DNA of 64,000 nucleotides from a virus. Of the stretch, positions 47,418 through 57,764 are shown piece by piece. How positions within the stretch are numbered: the first letter of the stretch is position 1; each line of letters starts with the position of its first letter. The translations under genes were made by a program, and so were the position numbers. The notes under the pieces were generated by a model. That model made no database searches, was not told where the DNA came from, and saw only the letters and a list, made by a program, of their open reading frames with translations. Where the stretch lies: the IMG/VR virus record IMGVR_UViG_3300005099_000100, positions 3,032 to 67,031 of that record; one strand, written 5' to 3'.

Positions 47418-47861
47418 TTACTCCCACGGAAATATTATCCATCTATCATCTTCTACTTTGTGTAAATAAAATGAAGGCTTATGTATTGATCTCTTTTTAT
47501 AAAATAAAGTTAATGTGTCGAATTCAATATTATTATTTTGTAAGTAAGACGCTATAGTATCTAAAGTAGTTCCTGTATCAGCAATATCATCTACTACTAA
47601 AACAGGAGATATCATTTTTGTCAAATCTCCTACCTTAACTTTTAACTCCCCTTTTTTTGTGGAATTATAACTACTAGCAAAAATAATACGAGTTTTAACA
47701 TCATATATATTTTTTAGCTTTGTTCCTAGAGTAAGACCTCCAAAAGCTACAGGAGCTATAGTATGATATATATTATCTCTAAGTAAGCGAAGTATTTTCA
47801 ATATATCTTCCTCAAAATCACCCCATGTGTAATAAAGATAACGTTTAGTGGGCACGAGCAC
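47418..47861 (-). CDS. Purine phosphoribosyltransferase (Gpt-like)
   Basis: YTW, VLVVDDIADTGTT, WIIFPWE. Confidence 0.85.
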   Translation of the reverse strand: MLVPTKRYLYYTWGDFEEDILKILRLLRDNIYHTIAPVAFGGLTLGTKLKNIYDVKTRIIFASSYNSTKKGELKVKVGDLTKMISPVLVVDDIADTGTTLDTIASYLQNNNIEFDTLTLFYKKRSIHKPSFYLHKVEDDRWIIFPWE

Positions 47862-48102
47862 TCCTCATAAATAAAGTTTTACATTTATTACAAAAACTTA
47901 CTATATAAGTACGTTTGCCTAATTTAAAAAACCAGTCATAGTCTATTGTGTAGTATAAGTTATCAACACAACGATGGCGTGGGTATTTAGAATTCTTAAT
48001 TACTTTTTTTACTTTATATACATACCCTCCATATTTGACTTTCTTAAGATTTTTAGATATCTCTATGTCATACATCATACTTCTGGTCCTTTTTATATTC
48101 AT
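47845..48102 (-). CDS. Hypothetical protein
   Basis: Small ORF with HxC..CxxC. Confidence 0.4.
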   Translation of the reverse strand: MNIKRTRSMMYDIEISKNLKKVKYGGYVYKVKKVIKNSKYPRHRCVDNLYYTIDYDWFFKLGKRTYIVSFCNKCKTLFMRSARAH

Positions 48103-48493
48103 AAATATGACTCCTGCAAGTATCTATAGTTTTAACTACAACTTCTACATATCCTTCTAAGATATCCCTTGCAGTCCTAAGGGGGGCTACATATTTACTA
48201 GCTTCTTTTTCAGCTACCGCAGACACAAACTTTTCATTATTAGCGTCTGCTTGAAGTTTAAGCAAATTATAGTATTCTGCTTCTTTATTTTTTTTAAGAG
48301 CGCTTAGTTGTTTATATGCCACGTTAAGTGATCCATAGATGCCTGTTAATTGATCTTGATAACGATAATATTTATTTATATCCGTAGAGTTTGGATTATT
48401 AATAAGATCATTGCATATTGATTTAATAGTATCAAATAGTCCTGAATATTGATTTATTATTTGTTTAGAATATTGCTCCAAATCAAAATCCAT
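48068..48493 (-). CDS. Helical protein, possible recombination mediator
   Basis: Directly downstream of recA; coiled-coil. Confidence 0.4.
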   Translation of the reverse strand: MDFDLEQYSKQIINQYSGLFDTIKSICNDLINNPNSTDINKYYRYQDQLTGIYGSLNVAYKQLSALKKNKEAEYYNLLKLQADANNEKFVSAVAEKEASKYVAPLRTARDILEGYVEVVVKTIDTCRSHIYEYKKDQKYDV

Positions 48494-48494
48494 T

Positions 48495-49505
48495 TTATCC
48501 TCCTTTTATTAAATTATATACTTTATCAGTAATAACATCTATCAGATTTTTCTCTTTTAATACCCCGATAAAGGACTCCATTCCTTTTTCTTTTATATCT
48601 TCGTATTCGTACATAGGACCTGATTGCTTAATTAAACCTAACTTTTTTGCTTCAAATATTATAGTTTCTGTGTTATCTACTGATCCGTCAAAATAAAGTT
48701 TAAATGTTCCTGTTTTGTAGGGTACCCACGTTTTGTTTTTAACAGTTCGAAATATGATGTCTACTCCTATAGGATCTTCTTTATTTTGTTTATCATATAG
48801 ATAATCTTTTTTCTTAAATTCAATTCTGATTTTTGCGGTGTGTTTTATATTATGTCCCCCGGGAGTTTCGTAACCCCGCGCGTATAACTGACCCACTTTT
48901 TCTCTGACTTGATTAATTAAAATTATGATCGTGTTATTATACGACTCCTTATTTTCTAAGTTTGTAGTTTGTAACGCAGAGTTTAACTTACGACACATCT
49001 TCGAAAATAACCTAGCCTGCAATGCCATTTGTTGGTCTTCTGCAGATTTTTCTACTTCTTCTATAGGTACCGCAGCAGCAATTGAGTCGTAAACTATTAA
49101 ATCTACGTCCTTACTTCTAGTTAAAGCATCTATAACATCTATAGACTCTTCAAGTGACTCAGGTTGAGATATTAACAGATTATCTACGTTTACTCCTAAA
49201 GTAGTAGCCCACTCGGCATTAAATGAGTGTTCCATATCAATAAAAGCGCAAGTCTTACCCAACTTCTGAAAATTAGCTATAATCTTTAATGCGGTTGAAG
49301 TTTTACCTCCTGATTCTCTTCCAAAGAATTCTAAAATAGAGCTTGTAGGCAAACCTCCTCCTAATATTAAGTCTAGCGCAACTATTCCTGTTCTTATACG
49401 TTGAGTATTAAGTAAACTTGCTACTTTTCCTAATACGATTGTACCTTCCCCGTATTTTTTGTTAATAGCCGCTATGATCTTATTTAGATTCTGTTTCATA
49501 TACAC
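48495..49505 (-). CDS. recA: RecA recombinase
   Basis: TG..LD..LGGG.P, GRESGGKT, FIDMEH, DSIAA, INQVR, PGG. Confidence 0.93.
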   Translation of the reverse strand: MYMKQNLNKIIAAINKKYGEGTIVLGKVASLLNTQRIRTGIVALDLILGGGLPTSSILEFFGRESGGKTSTALKIIANFQKLGKTCAFIDMEHSFNAEWATTLGVNVDNLLISQPESLEESIDVIDALTRSKDVDLIVYDSIAAAVPIEEVEKSAEDQQMALQARLFSKMCRKLNSALQTTNLENKESYNNTIIILINQVREKVGQLYARGYETPGGHNIKHTAKIRIEFKKKDYLYDKQNKEDPIGVDIIFRTVKNKTWVPYKTGTFKLYFDGSVDNTETIIFEAKKLGLIKQSGPMYEYEDIKEKGMESFIGVLKEKNLIDVITDKVYNLIKGG

Positions 49506-50052
49506 CTCCAGCTAATGCTAATATTATAGCGTCACATATATTATTATGAATTTGTTTAAACAAATTTTTCTTTAACAACTTAGTATTTACTATATTAACT
49601 ATTTCTTTTTTAGACGCAGTCCCTTTTACTCCTACAAGTTTACGAGATTGTGAAGGGTACAAAATTATTATTTTAGGAGAAGGATTAGTATAAGTATACT
49701 TAATCATACACATTGTATACCCTTCTAACCAAGCTAGAAACTTAAAAGTTAATGGGTTCCATTTATGTTTCCCTCTACTATACCATTTACCTAAATAACA
49801 ATTTTCAATAGTAATATAAACATTAACTACTCCTTTAATATATTTAGATAATATATCCTTTAAAATATTAGTAGTATAACCCAATTTGTCAAGGGTTACC
49901 ATTTTTGAAGGTAATGATATAGATCCATAATCAATCAGATCTACACTATCTCCCACACGTAATATAGCCCATCCCGTTTTACTAGCTAGATCTAAACCTA
50001 TATAAGTACCAGGAAATAATTTTTTATTCAAATAAATTTTCAGAGGATTCAT
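49480..50052 (-). CDS. RuvC-like Holliday junction resolvase
   Basis: IGLDLASKTGWA, IEN, K, DA motifs. Confidence 0.75.
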   Translation of the reverse strand: MNPLKIYLNKKLFPGTYIGLDLASKTGWAILRVGDSVDLIDYGSISLPSKMVTLDKLGYTTNILKDILSKYIKGVVNVYITIENCYLGKWYSRGKHKWNPLTFKFLAWLEGYTMCMIKYTYTNPSPKIIILYPSQSRKLVGVKGTASKKEIVNIVNTKLLKKNLFKQIHNNICDAIILALAGGVYETESK

Positions 50053-50371
50053 GTGAATTACCTCCTGAGTTAGGTTCTTGTTTAGGGATAATATTCACTA
50101 CTTGACCTTTACTATTTATAGTGACATAACACTCTTTGTTAATGATATTTTCAAAATTCATTGTATAAGAATAAGGTAAATAATATCCCACTAATAGAGA
50201 ATACCACATATATGTTTTATTTCCGTAAAATACTTGACTAGGAGTAAATCCTACTACTTTACCTTGTTTAGACTCAAATTCCCATATAAGAAATTCGCCA
50301 TTTTTACTTTGTTTCACATTTTTCAGTATAGCAGCTCTACAATATTTGTTAAACTGTATCTTTACTACCAT
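50024..50371 (-). CDS. Hypothetical (possible OB-fold SSB)
   Basis: Beta-rich; in the replication cluster. Confidence 0.4.
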   Translation of the reverse strand: MVVKIQFNKYCRAAILKNVKQSKNGEFLIWEFESKQGKVVGFTPSQVFYGNKTYMWYSLLVGYYLPYSYTMNFENIINKECYVTINSKGQVVNIIPKQEPNSGGNSHESSENLFE

Positions 50372-50657
50372 TATATAACCTCCTACGTTCTTCTTTACTG
50401 GCTAATAACAAAAACTTTAATAGTCCAATTCGTTTAAAAGATACAAAAAACCAAGTATCAAGACTGCTTACGATCTTAGGCTTTTTACTACCTTTTGAGA
50501 ATAGTACTTCATAATAAATGGGAGTCTTCCCTGGTTTATGATCAGGATGTACATGTTTTTTGATAATTTTAGCAAATTCCGGGGTATGCTTATATCTTGA
50601 CTGGTAATACCACTCTACTTCCATCTCTTTATAATATGTAGGAACTGACATTGTCAT
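50349..50657 (-). CDS. Hypothetical protein
   Basis: Coupled to the polymerase gene. Confidence 0.45.
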   Translation of the reverse strand: MTMSVPTYYKEMEVEWYYQSRYKHTPEFAKIIKKHVHPDHKPGKTPIYYEVLFSKGSKKPKIVSSLDTWFFVSFKRIGLLKFLLLASKEERRRLYNGSKDTV

Positions 50658-52960
50658 TTTTCAAAAGCTAGATTTTTTCCTTCTTTTATCTCCACTTCAA
50701 GTTTAACAGGAAATTTAATTACATTTTTTACTTGACTCTCCATAACGTCATGCATCAGCATTTTCATATCTTCTTTAATATCCTCCTTACATTCTACAAC
50801 TAACGCGTCATGAATGTTCATAATTATGTATGCGTCTAGGTTCTTATTTTTAATTTCTTTGTATAAAAGAGCGCCTGCAAGATTAGTTAGATCTGCTGCT
50901 AACCCTTGTATAGGATAATTAACAGCTGCGCGTGTTCCGTAGGCAGCCTCTTCTTTATTTTTAGAAAATATTTGAGGTATATCTATCTTACGACCTGTCA
51001 AAGTTTTGACGTATCCATATTTTTTAGCAAACTGTTGTACATCTCTAATCCATCGTGTAGCTTCTTTAAATGTGTTAAAAAATGTGTTTCTAATATTAAT
51101 GGCTTCTTCTAAAGGTATCCCTAATTGCTCAGATATTGAACGTGCTCCTCTTCCGTACATTAGTCCGAATACTATAGTTTTAGCTACTAGTCTTTCTTCG
51201 GGGGTAATCTCACTTTCTTTCTTCATATACGCTAATGACGCTATTAGTCTATGGATATCTCTACCTTCATTTATTAAGGATATCATTTGAGAATCTTTAG
51301 AGTAACGTGCAAGAGCTCTAAACTCAATTTGTCTAAAATCTGCTTCTAGTAATACATATCCATCAGTGGCTATAAAAGCTTTTCTGACCATAGTGGCTAA
51401 TTCTCCACTTTTTGGGATGTTCTGAAGGTTCGGTTCTTGTGACGATAATCGACCGCTGGGAACTCTAGATTGATTATATACACAATGAATTCTACCGTCT
51501 ATCTCACTAAATTTCAATAAATTTTTAAGGTAAGTTCTATAACTTTTATAAACGTGTCTATACTCTACAATGTACTGTAAAAATTTATATTTAGGATGTT
51601 TACTTAATAAATATTCAAGAGTTGATTCTGACGTGTTTTTATCTTTACTTTCTAACTTTAAATGACTGTACAGTAAGTCATGTAATTGTTTGGGGGATTT
51701 AATATTTAGTGAATTTAGTTGGTATATACTACAAAATTGTTTTACTACAGGGTCATCTTGAATTGATTGTTCTAGTGACTTAAGTCGATATTTTAATGAA
51801 TTCATATATGATTCTATATACTCTCTATCTACTCTAACACCTCGATACTCAGCTTCTGCTAACCAAATTAAAGTAGGAATCATAATTTTATAATAAACTA
51901 ACGGAAATTGTTTATCTATATATCCTTTAAAGATTTCATATAGTTTATAAGTCATCCACGCGTCATTAGCGCAATATTTAGCACGATAAGAAGTATCAAT
52001 ATCTCCTTTTTCAAAGTCTATAGTACCCTTAGTTAGTTTTGTATGCAAATAATGCAACGATAATTCTTCGAGGCCATGAGGAGAAGTACGATCGATTAAA
52101 AAATGAGCTAACATGGTATCAAATATAATATTAAGTTCTATACCTACTTTTTTTAGGAACTTATAGTCAAACTTACCGTGATGAGTCACTACCCTTTTAG
52201 TTTTTAAAAATTCTTTCAGTATAGTAAAGTTAGGGTAACTTTCTTTACCATATACATTAATACCTATATTAGTAATGCCATCACTAAGTCCGATTGAGAT
52301 TAAGTCATCTTCGAGAAAATTTAAATCGGTTGTTTCCGTATCTAATGCTATTGGATCGCGAAGCATATTCAGGTAACTTTTAAAATGAGGAGTATCTATA
52401 TCTATTACTATAGGCTCTTCTATTTCAACATTACTTTTTTTTGTATGCAATAAATTAATGGCTTGAATAAAAGAATCCTTTATTTCTTTTCTAATTTTAT
52501 CATCGTTAGTATACAGTAATTTAGCAGGATGATGAGTAGATACTATATAACATTTAAGTGGATCACTATAAAAGTAACTATTAGGTATATAACGATTACC
52601 CACAACTCGATAAGCATAAGCTCCTAAGGTAATGATTACTTTAGGTTTAACTTCCTGTATCTCTTCATATAGATATTCATCTCTACAAATTCTTATAAGT
52701 GTTTTTGATATTGTTTTTCCAGGAGCTACAAAACACTTCACTATATTAGTGATGTATACTTTAGAACGTTCTAGTCCTACTTCTTTTAAAATATCATTTA
52801 GGATAATTCCCGCTGGACCTACAAATAATTTACCTTCTTTCATTTCACTAGGACCGGGGCACATCCCTATTATCATAATATCCGAAGGGATAGGTCCTTC
52901 TCCGCTTAAAGAAAAATTACTATGTTGATGTAGGGCACATTTATTACATTCAAATTTCAT
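50654..52960 (-). CDS. polA: Family A DNA polymerase with N-terminal family-4 uracil-DNA glycosylase domain
   Basis: UDG: C..C, G.CPG..E, FVGPAG, TNIVKC, HPA. Exonuclease: DTET, FD, ND. Polymerase: GRLSS..PNLQN, DFRQIEFR, K..FGLMYG, HD. Confidence 0.92.
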   Translation of the reverse strand: MKFECNKCALHQHSNFSLSGEGPIPSDIMIIGMCPGPSEMKEGKLFVGPAGIILNDILKEVGLERSKVYITNIVKCFVAPGKTISKTLIRICRDEYLYEEIQEVKPKVIITLGAYAYRVVGNRYIPNSYFYSDPLKCYIVSTHHPAKLLYTNDDKIRKEIKDSFIQAINLLHTKKSNVEIEEPIVIDIDTPHFKSYLNMLRDPIALDTETTDLNFLEDDLISIGLSDGITNIGINVYGKESYPNFTILKEFLKTKRVVTHHGKFDYKFLKKVGIELNIIFDTMLAHFLIDRTSPHGLEELSLHYLHTKLTKGTIDFEKGDIDTSYRAKYCANDAWMTYKLYEIFKGYIDKQFPLVYYKIMIPTLIWLAEAEYRGVRVDREYIESYMNSLKYRLKSLEQSIQDDPVVKQFCSIYQLNSLNIKSPKQLHDLLYSHLKLESKDKNTSESTLEYLLSKHPKYKFLQYIVEYRHVYKSYRTYLKNLLKFSEIDGRIHCVYNQSRVPSGRLSSQEPNLQNIPKSGELATMVRKAFIATDGYVLLEADFRQIEFRALARYSKDSQMISLINEGRDIHRLIASLAYMKKESEITPEERLVAKTIVFGLMYGRGARSISEQLGIPLEEAINIRNTFFNTFKEATRWIRDVQQFAKKYGYVKTLTGRKIDIPQIFSKNKEEAAYGTRAAVNYPIQGLAADLTNLAGALLYKEIKNKNLDAYIIMNIHDALVVECKEDIKEDMKMLMHDVMESQVKNVIKFPVKLEVEIKEGKNLAFEK

Positions 52961-53352
52961 AACAAACTTTTAAGGAGGTTATTGGATACGAGCTTATCTA
53001 CATTATTAAAATTATTGTACTCACTTATTATGTATATACCTTCTTTTTCTATTCGTATTTTACGTATTATTCTGCAGTAGTTTTGTCCAATAAGTATCAT
53101 CAAAGACGCATTAAAGTAATGGGGCATTTTGGGAGGTTTACGTATAGGCGAATATATTTTCTCTCCTTTTATATTAAACAACGGAAGCATAAGTTCGCGC
53201 GCTACATAATAAACATAATTATTATCTCTCATTAAAAAACATTCGTCTAACTGAGGATCGTAAAAAATAACTAGTGGCTTATTTTCCACTGCTACCAAAG
53301 CCTTTAGATCCTCTTTGAGAACTAGGTAACTCACTTGTCTCCTCCCATTCAA
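52957..53352 (-). CDS. Hypothetical protein (start uncertain)
   Basis: Fills the gap between dut and polA. Confidence 0.4.
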   Translation of the reverse strand: MNGRRQVSYLVLKEDLKALVAVENKPLVIFYDPQLDECFLMRDNNYVYYVARELMLPLFNIKGEKIYSPIRKPPKMPHYFNASLMILIGQNYCRIIRKIRIEKEGIYIISEYNNFNNVDKLVSNNLLKSLL

Positions 53353-53698
53353 AATGTTTTACGGGTAGTATAATTAATTGTGCTACCTTACTACCCTTTT
53401 TAATATGAACTAGTCTTTTACTTAAGTTATACATCAGTACTGTTATAGGTCCTCTATAACCCTCATCTATAACTCCATGATGAACTTGTAATAGTTGTCT
53501 GCCATAACTACTTCTGGTCAATATTAATCCAAAGTAACCTTGGGGTATTGCAATCTTAATACCGCAATCAATTTCTACTTGGCATTCTGGGGGTAACTCT
53601 TTATCGTGAATGCTATACAAATCAAAACCGGCATCTCCTTCATACGCTTTAGTAGGTATCCTAGCATCGGGATGAGTTCTAGTAACTAATAACTTCAT
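53279..53698 (-). CDS. dut: Trimeric dUTPase
   Basis: AGFDL, RSS, GVIDEGYRG, AQL, RG.KGFGSSG. Confidence 0.95.
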   Translation of the reverse strand: MKLLVTRTHPDARIPTKAYEGDAGFDLYSIHDKELPPECQVEIDCGIKIAIPQGYFGLILTRSSYGRQLLQVHHGVIDEGYRGPITVLMYNLSKRLVHIKKGSKVAQLIILPVKHFEWEETSELPSSQRGSKGFGSSGK

Positions 53699-56600
53699 TC
53701 GAACAAATCCTGTGATTCTTTGTTTTCTGTAATTTCTTTTATTAGTGATAGAGACCTATAAAATTTCATAGGGATTGTTCCTTTAAAACCTGAAAACTTA
53801 TTTTTAGATACAATAACACTAACATCGACATCATCACGACTACCTTCCAATATGTCATCGTTCGCGTCGATGAACATAATTAATTTTGCGTCATAAAAGA
53901 ACTCGACGGTTTCTTTTAAAGCAGTACCGTCAAAATTTTTATTTTTAATAGCTTCTTTGGTACTATGAGCTGAAACTATTACTGGACATTTATATTCATT
54001 AGCCGTATCATTTAATTCATTAGATATTAAAGAATAAAGATGCTTTTCACTCACGAACTTTTCGCTTTTAATATTATGTACACTATCTATCATTATTACA
54101 AGTTGTTTACCCAGTGTAAGTGGTTTTACTGTTTTTATTTTGTCTCTAATAGCTTCAATAGTAGCTCCGTCAGAACTATCTTTAATATTTATGATAGTGG
54201 CATTATTTCTCAAAAACTCCATTGCTTTCTCTCTACGATTAATATAATCTTTTTTAATATGATCTGGTAATTCTGCTTTAGTAATTTTAAAATTAGGATT
54301 ACTTACTACATTTATTGGCAACCTTGATAGATTCGCAATAAATCGGGCTAAAGTTACGTACATCGAATCATCTAAAGTAAAGTATAGCAAATACAAATTC
54401 TCATTACGTTGTAACATCTTTATACCCAAACTAATAGTCATAGCTGAATTATGATTTATTATATTGTTAGCTATAAAATAGTGAGTTTTAGGTACTGTGA
54501 CATCATAGACTTTTACAATCTTTTTGTTACGACGTATACTTGTGATAGGAACTTCTACTAATGATATATTCTCACAATCTGAATATGCCCTAAATACTAT
54601 TCCAGACTTTCTAATCTTTGTAGGAATAGGTAAATTATACTTTTTTAATAATTTTACATACTTGTTAAATCCTTTAAAATAAATAACTAACCTCCAAGAT
54701 TTAATTCTTCTTTTTAGTTTAGTGTTAGTAGCATATACTATATGAGATCTTAGGGAACAATTTATTCCCATATTAATAAATAAAGTTTGAAGTCTTTTAC
54801 TTAAACTTTCTGATACAAAGTCAAAACTGATATATTTACATTTTTTATTTATATATCCATCAGAAGCTATGAGACCATTGATAAATCCCAATACAATAGG
54901 CAGAGGCGCTTTTAAAATACTAAGGGGTACCGTTTTTTTGTATGCATTATTTTTATTAACTCCCAAATGTTTAAAAAATCTACGTACACTACGTCCCGCA
55001 GATACATTACCTCGTTTATAAGTACCAGTAATTCCAAATAGCTTTTTTATCAAATGCAGTATATTACTCGCATTACTTCTACATACGGTAATTACAAAAT
55101 CTTTACGAGTACAACATCCATCACCTATATAAAAACCTGTTAGATAAGCTAAATCGTAAGTCCATGTAGACGGTACTTTTTTGAGTTTATATTTACACTT
55201 ATATCTAGTTTCAATTTTAGGTGAATAATTTATATGAAGTTGATTACCCCAATGATTTAAACCTAAAGTTACTAATACCTTGTCACCATTTTTTAAGTTT
55301 TTTAAAGGAGTAAATATATTTTGGTTATCTTTACGTACTACTATTTGATGTTCTGGGGTTCCAATTAGCTCCATTCCATTCTTTAGTGTGATAGTAACTG
55401 TGTCTGATTTGTCAAAATAAAGATGAGATACATTAGAATGAGTTAAAATATTATTTACATTCAAATTTTTAACGGGATGAAAACCTTTTTTCTTTATGTT
55501 AGTAAAATAATCATCTATTGGAACTATACCATCAGAGGTATAAATTAGAGTACCTCCGATAAGACACTTACCAATATTAGGTTTGCCTCCAATCAGTATT
55601 AATCCATTTTGAATACCATCAAGGCGCTTATCTAAGATATCAAAACTTTTTAATCCTAATAGCCGACCACGGCTCCAAGACCAGGTTTCAAACTCGTTAA
55701 GAGAAGTCAATAAAGCTTCTCTTTCTTTTAATAGTTCAGCGGCACTAACTCCAAAATCTTTTGCATAAATATTAATTAAGTCTGTAACTGTACTCTTATT
55801 AATTTTTACCTTTTTTGATACTTCATTTATTAGTTTCTCTTTTCTGACTATATCTTTTACTGAGTTTATATATACCATCAAACATTTCTCAATGTATTTA
55901 TCGTTTTGGTTGGAAGAGTAGTTATCTAATAAGTAATTATAAAGAGGAATACTTTTGACATTTAAGGTACGATGTTTTATAACATAATCCCCAGGATCAA
56001 AGGAATCAGGTAATTCACCAATGGTTACTTCTAGGTCACCTCGAGATAAATGTTTTAGAGAGTTTCTAAGTCCCTCAGAACCTCCAGCATCTCCATCATA
56101 TAAAAACTTAACTTTACTAACCTTTTTCCGTACAAGTAAATTGTATTGACTTTCGTAAAGTAAGTTACCAAACGTAGCAACTGCATTATTAATATTGTAA
56201 GAATTAAGAGTAATAGCCGATGACGGTCCTTCTACAATAAGTACCTCTTTAGACGGATCTATGTTATTAACATTAAATAGTAAATATTTAATTGGTTTAC
56301 TTATAAAGTGCATATATCTCGAAATACCTAAAGATTTATTTAGAGATAAAGCTCTAGTTGTTAAACCTACAATGTTAGAATTAATATCGTAAATAGGAAT
56401 AATCAAACGTCCTACTAGTATAGAAGGATCTTTAATATTAATATTAAGATACGTAAGTACATCTTTAGAGGCTCTACTAAGAAATGGCTTAGACAAAAAA
56501 CCCAACTTAAATGTTTTTACGGATTGAGTCCATTGTTTAGAATCTAACAATAATCGGAGTTGTTTATTAGAAGTCATCTCCTTTAAAAGGTTAGTATGTG

Positions 56601-56985
56601 CTACATCAACTACCTGAGCTAGATAAGTTCTAACTTCTTTAAAGAATAAATCTTCTTGAGTACTTTCTTCTTGATAAGGTATGTTAAATTTCTTACAAAG
56701 ATATTTAACTACCTCAAAAAAGTTATAACCTGTGATATCTTTACCTTCAAGTACATGTACTGCATCAAATATGTCTCCTAATTTGGTTTTAAATGAACAT
56801 GCGAAGCAATGCCATGATGTTTTATCTGGAAAAAAATTAGCAGAAGGTTTAGCATCATCATGTTTATGTTCCTTTTTATTAGGGCACACAAACAATCTTC
56901 TGGAGGTGTTTATTCCTTGTGATTCTAAATACTCAGGTAGTTTTTGTTTGAGTTGGTTAATTAAGGTACCTAAATTTTTAATCAT
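53695..56985 (-). CDS. DnaG primase-DnaB helicase fusion (intein-containing)
   Basis: Zn finger CP..H..CFAC, TOPRIM VEG / YDGD.GG, P-loop GKPNIGK/S, IDS, KNKFSG. Confidence 0.9.
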   Translation of the reverse strand: MIKNLGTLINQLKQKLPEYLESQGINTSRRLFVCPNKKEHKHDDAKPSANFFPDKTSWHCFACSFKTKLGDIFDAVHVLEGKDITGYNFFEVVKYLCKKFNIPYQEESTQEDLFFKEVRTYLAQVVDVAHTNLLKEMTSNKQLRLLLDSKQWTQSVKTFKLGFLSKPFLSRASKDVLTYLNINIKDPSILVGRLIIPIYDINSNIVGLTTRALSLNKSLGISRYMHFISKPIKYLLFNVNNIDPSKEVLIVEGPSSAITLNSYNINNAVATFGNLLYESQYNLLVRKKVSKVKFLYDGDAGGSEGLRNSLKHLSRGDLEVTIGELPDSFDPGDYVIKHRTLNVKSIPLYNYLLDNYSSNQNDKYIEKCLMVYINSVKDIVRKEKLINEVSKKVKINKSTVTDLINIYAKDFGVSAAELLKEREALLTSLNEFETWSWSRGRLLGLKSFDILDKRLDGIQNGLILIGGKPNIGKCLIGGTLIYTSDGIVPIDDYFTNIKKKGFHPVKNLNVNNILTHSNVSHLYFDKSDTVTITLKNGMELIGTPEHQIVVRKDNQNIFTPLKNLKNGDKVLVTLGLNHWGNQLHINYSPKIETRYKCKYKLKKVPSTWTYDLAYLTGFYIGDGCCTRKDFVITVCRSNASNILHLIKKLFGITGTYKRGNVSAGRSVRRFFKHLGVNKNNAYKKTVPLSILKAPLPIVLGFINGLIASDGYINKKCKYISFDFVSESLSKRLQTLFINMGINCSLRSHIVYATNTKLKRRIKSWRLVIYFKGFNKYVKLLKKYNLPIPTKIRKSGIVFRAYSDCENISLVEVPITSIRRNKKIVKVYDVTVPKTHYFIANNIINHNSAMTISLGIKMLQRNENLYLLYFTLDDSMYVTLARFIANLSRLPINVVSNPNFKITKAELPDHIKKDYINRREKAMEFLRNNATIINIKDSSDGATIEAIRDKIKTVKPLTLGKQLVIMIDSVHNIKSEKFVSEKHLYSLISNELNDTANEYKCPVIVSAHSTKEAIKNKNFDGTALKETVEFFYDAKLIMFIDANDDILEGSRDDVDVSVIVSKNKFSGFKGTIPMKFYRSLSLIKEITENKESQDLFE
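54448..55566 (-). mobile_element. Intein with LAGLIDADG endonuclease in helicase P-loop (373 aa)
   Basis: Starts CLIGGT, GTPEH, LTGFYIGDG and INGLIASDG, ends VYDVTV..INHN/S. Confidence 0.9.
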
Positions 56986-57320
56986 GTACGCCTCTCGTCT
57001 AGGGAATATGTATTATTAATAAACAGTCTTCTTTTTAACTTACCTGCTTCGGATCTTGCGGCCGATAAACTTTTGTAATAAAAGTAGGTACTAAACTTAC
57101 TTTTAGTAACGTCAAATTTATCAATAACTTTTAAAAGGGATTTGGTATAAATATCTTGTATAGTATCGTTTAGTAGTGTTTTATTAAGAACAAGATCTTG
57201 AATTTTATACCTTCTACAAGCTTTAGTCACTAACCTTTTACATTGACGTTCAAAACGTAAATACTCTCGTAGAGGTAATTCATTATGAACTAGTCGTTCA
57301 AAACTCTCATTTAGGTTCAC
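56982..57320 (-). CDS. Sigma-70 region-2-only protein
   Basis: DTIQD..LLKVIDKFDVTKSKFSTYFY matches the region 2.2-2.3 consensus; no region 4. Confidence 0.6.
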   Translation of the reverse strand: MNLNESFERLVHNELPLREYLRFERQCKRLVTKACRRYKIQDLVLNKTLLNDTIQDIYTKSLLKVIDKFDVTKSKFSTYFYYKSLSAARSEAGKLKRRLFINNTYSLDERRT

Positions 57321-57332
57321 ACTAACCTCCTT

Positions 57333-57764
57333 TTATCTGAGTTCGTCTAAATATTTAGCTTTTAACTTAGCGTAAGTTTCGTCTAAAGCTTTTAGAGCAT
57401 CGTCTATAGTAGGAAAAGTAAACTGACTAGTTTTATTGTCTGCTATTTTTAGAAGTACTTGTTTTACTATACTTGTTGACCTATCATTAGTAGAAGTAGT
57501 AATAGCAGTAGGAGTATCGGATACCCGTGTTGTAGGTTGTTGTTTTGGCGTAGTTAAATTTTTAGGTTGATACTTATTTTTACTTTTTGGAGTAAACACA
57601 GCTTTCTTAATATATAAAAGTCTATTATTTTCATCAGCATTAAACTCTACAGAGATATTAGTTTCTTTGGGAAGATATTGAGCTACATTATAACCATCAT
57701 ACCAAACCCCGTCAATTAATACATTAGTTCCGCTTACTTGTACTAAAGTGCCTACTTTACTCAT
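57333..57764 (-). CDS. Hypothetical replication protein (possible SSB)
   Basis: Beta N-terminus, linker, SIVKQVLLK helix. Confidence 0.4.
   Translation of the reverse strand: MSKVGTLVQVSGTNVLIDGVWYDGYNVAQYLPKETNISVEFNADENNRLLYIKKAVFTPKSKNKYQPKNLTTPKQQPTTRVSDTPTAITTSTNDRSTSIVKQVLLKIADNKTSQFTFPTIDDALKALDETYAKLKAKYLDELR

Noticed and set aside
48495-57320. Archaeal virus origin
   Set aside because: RecA, PolA, DnaG/DnaB and sigma-like proteins favour a bacterial host
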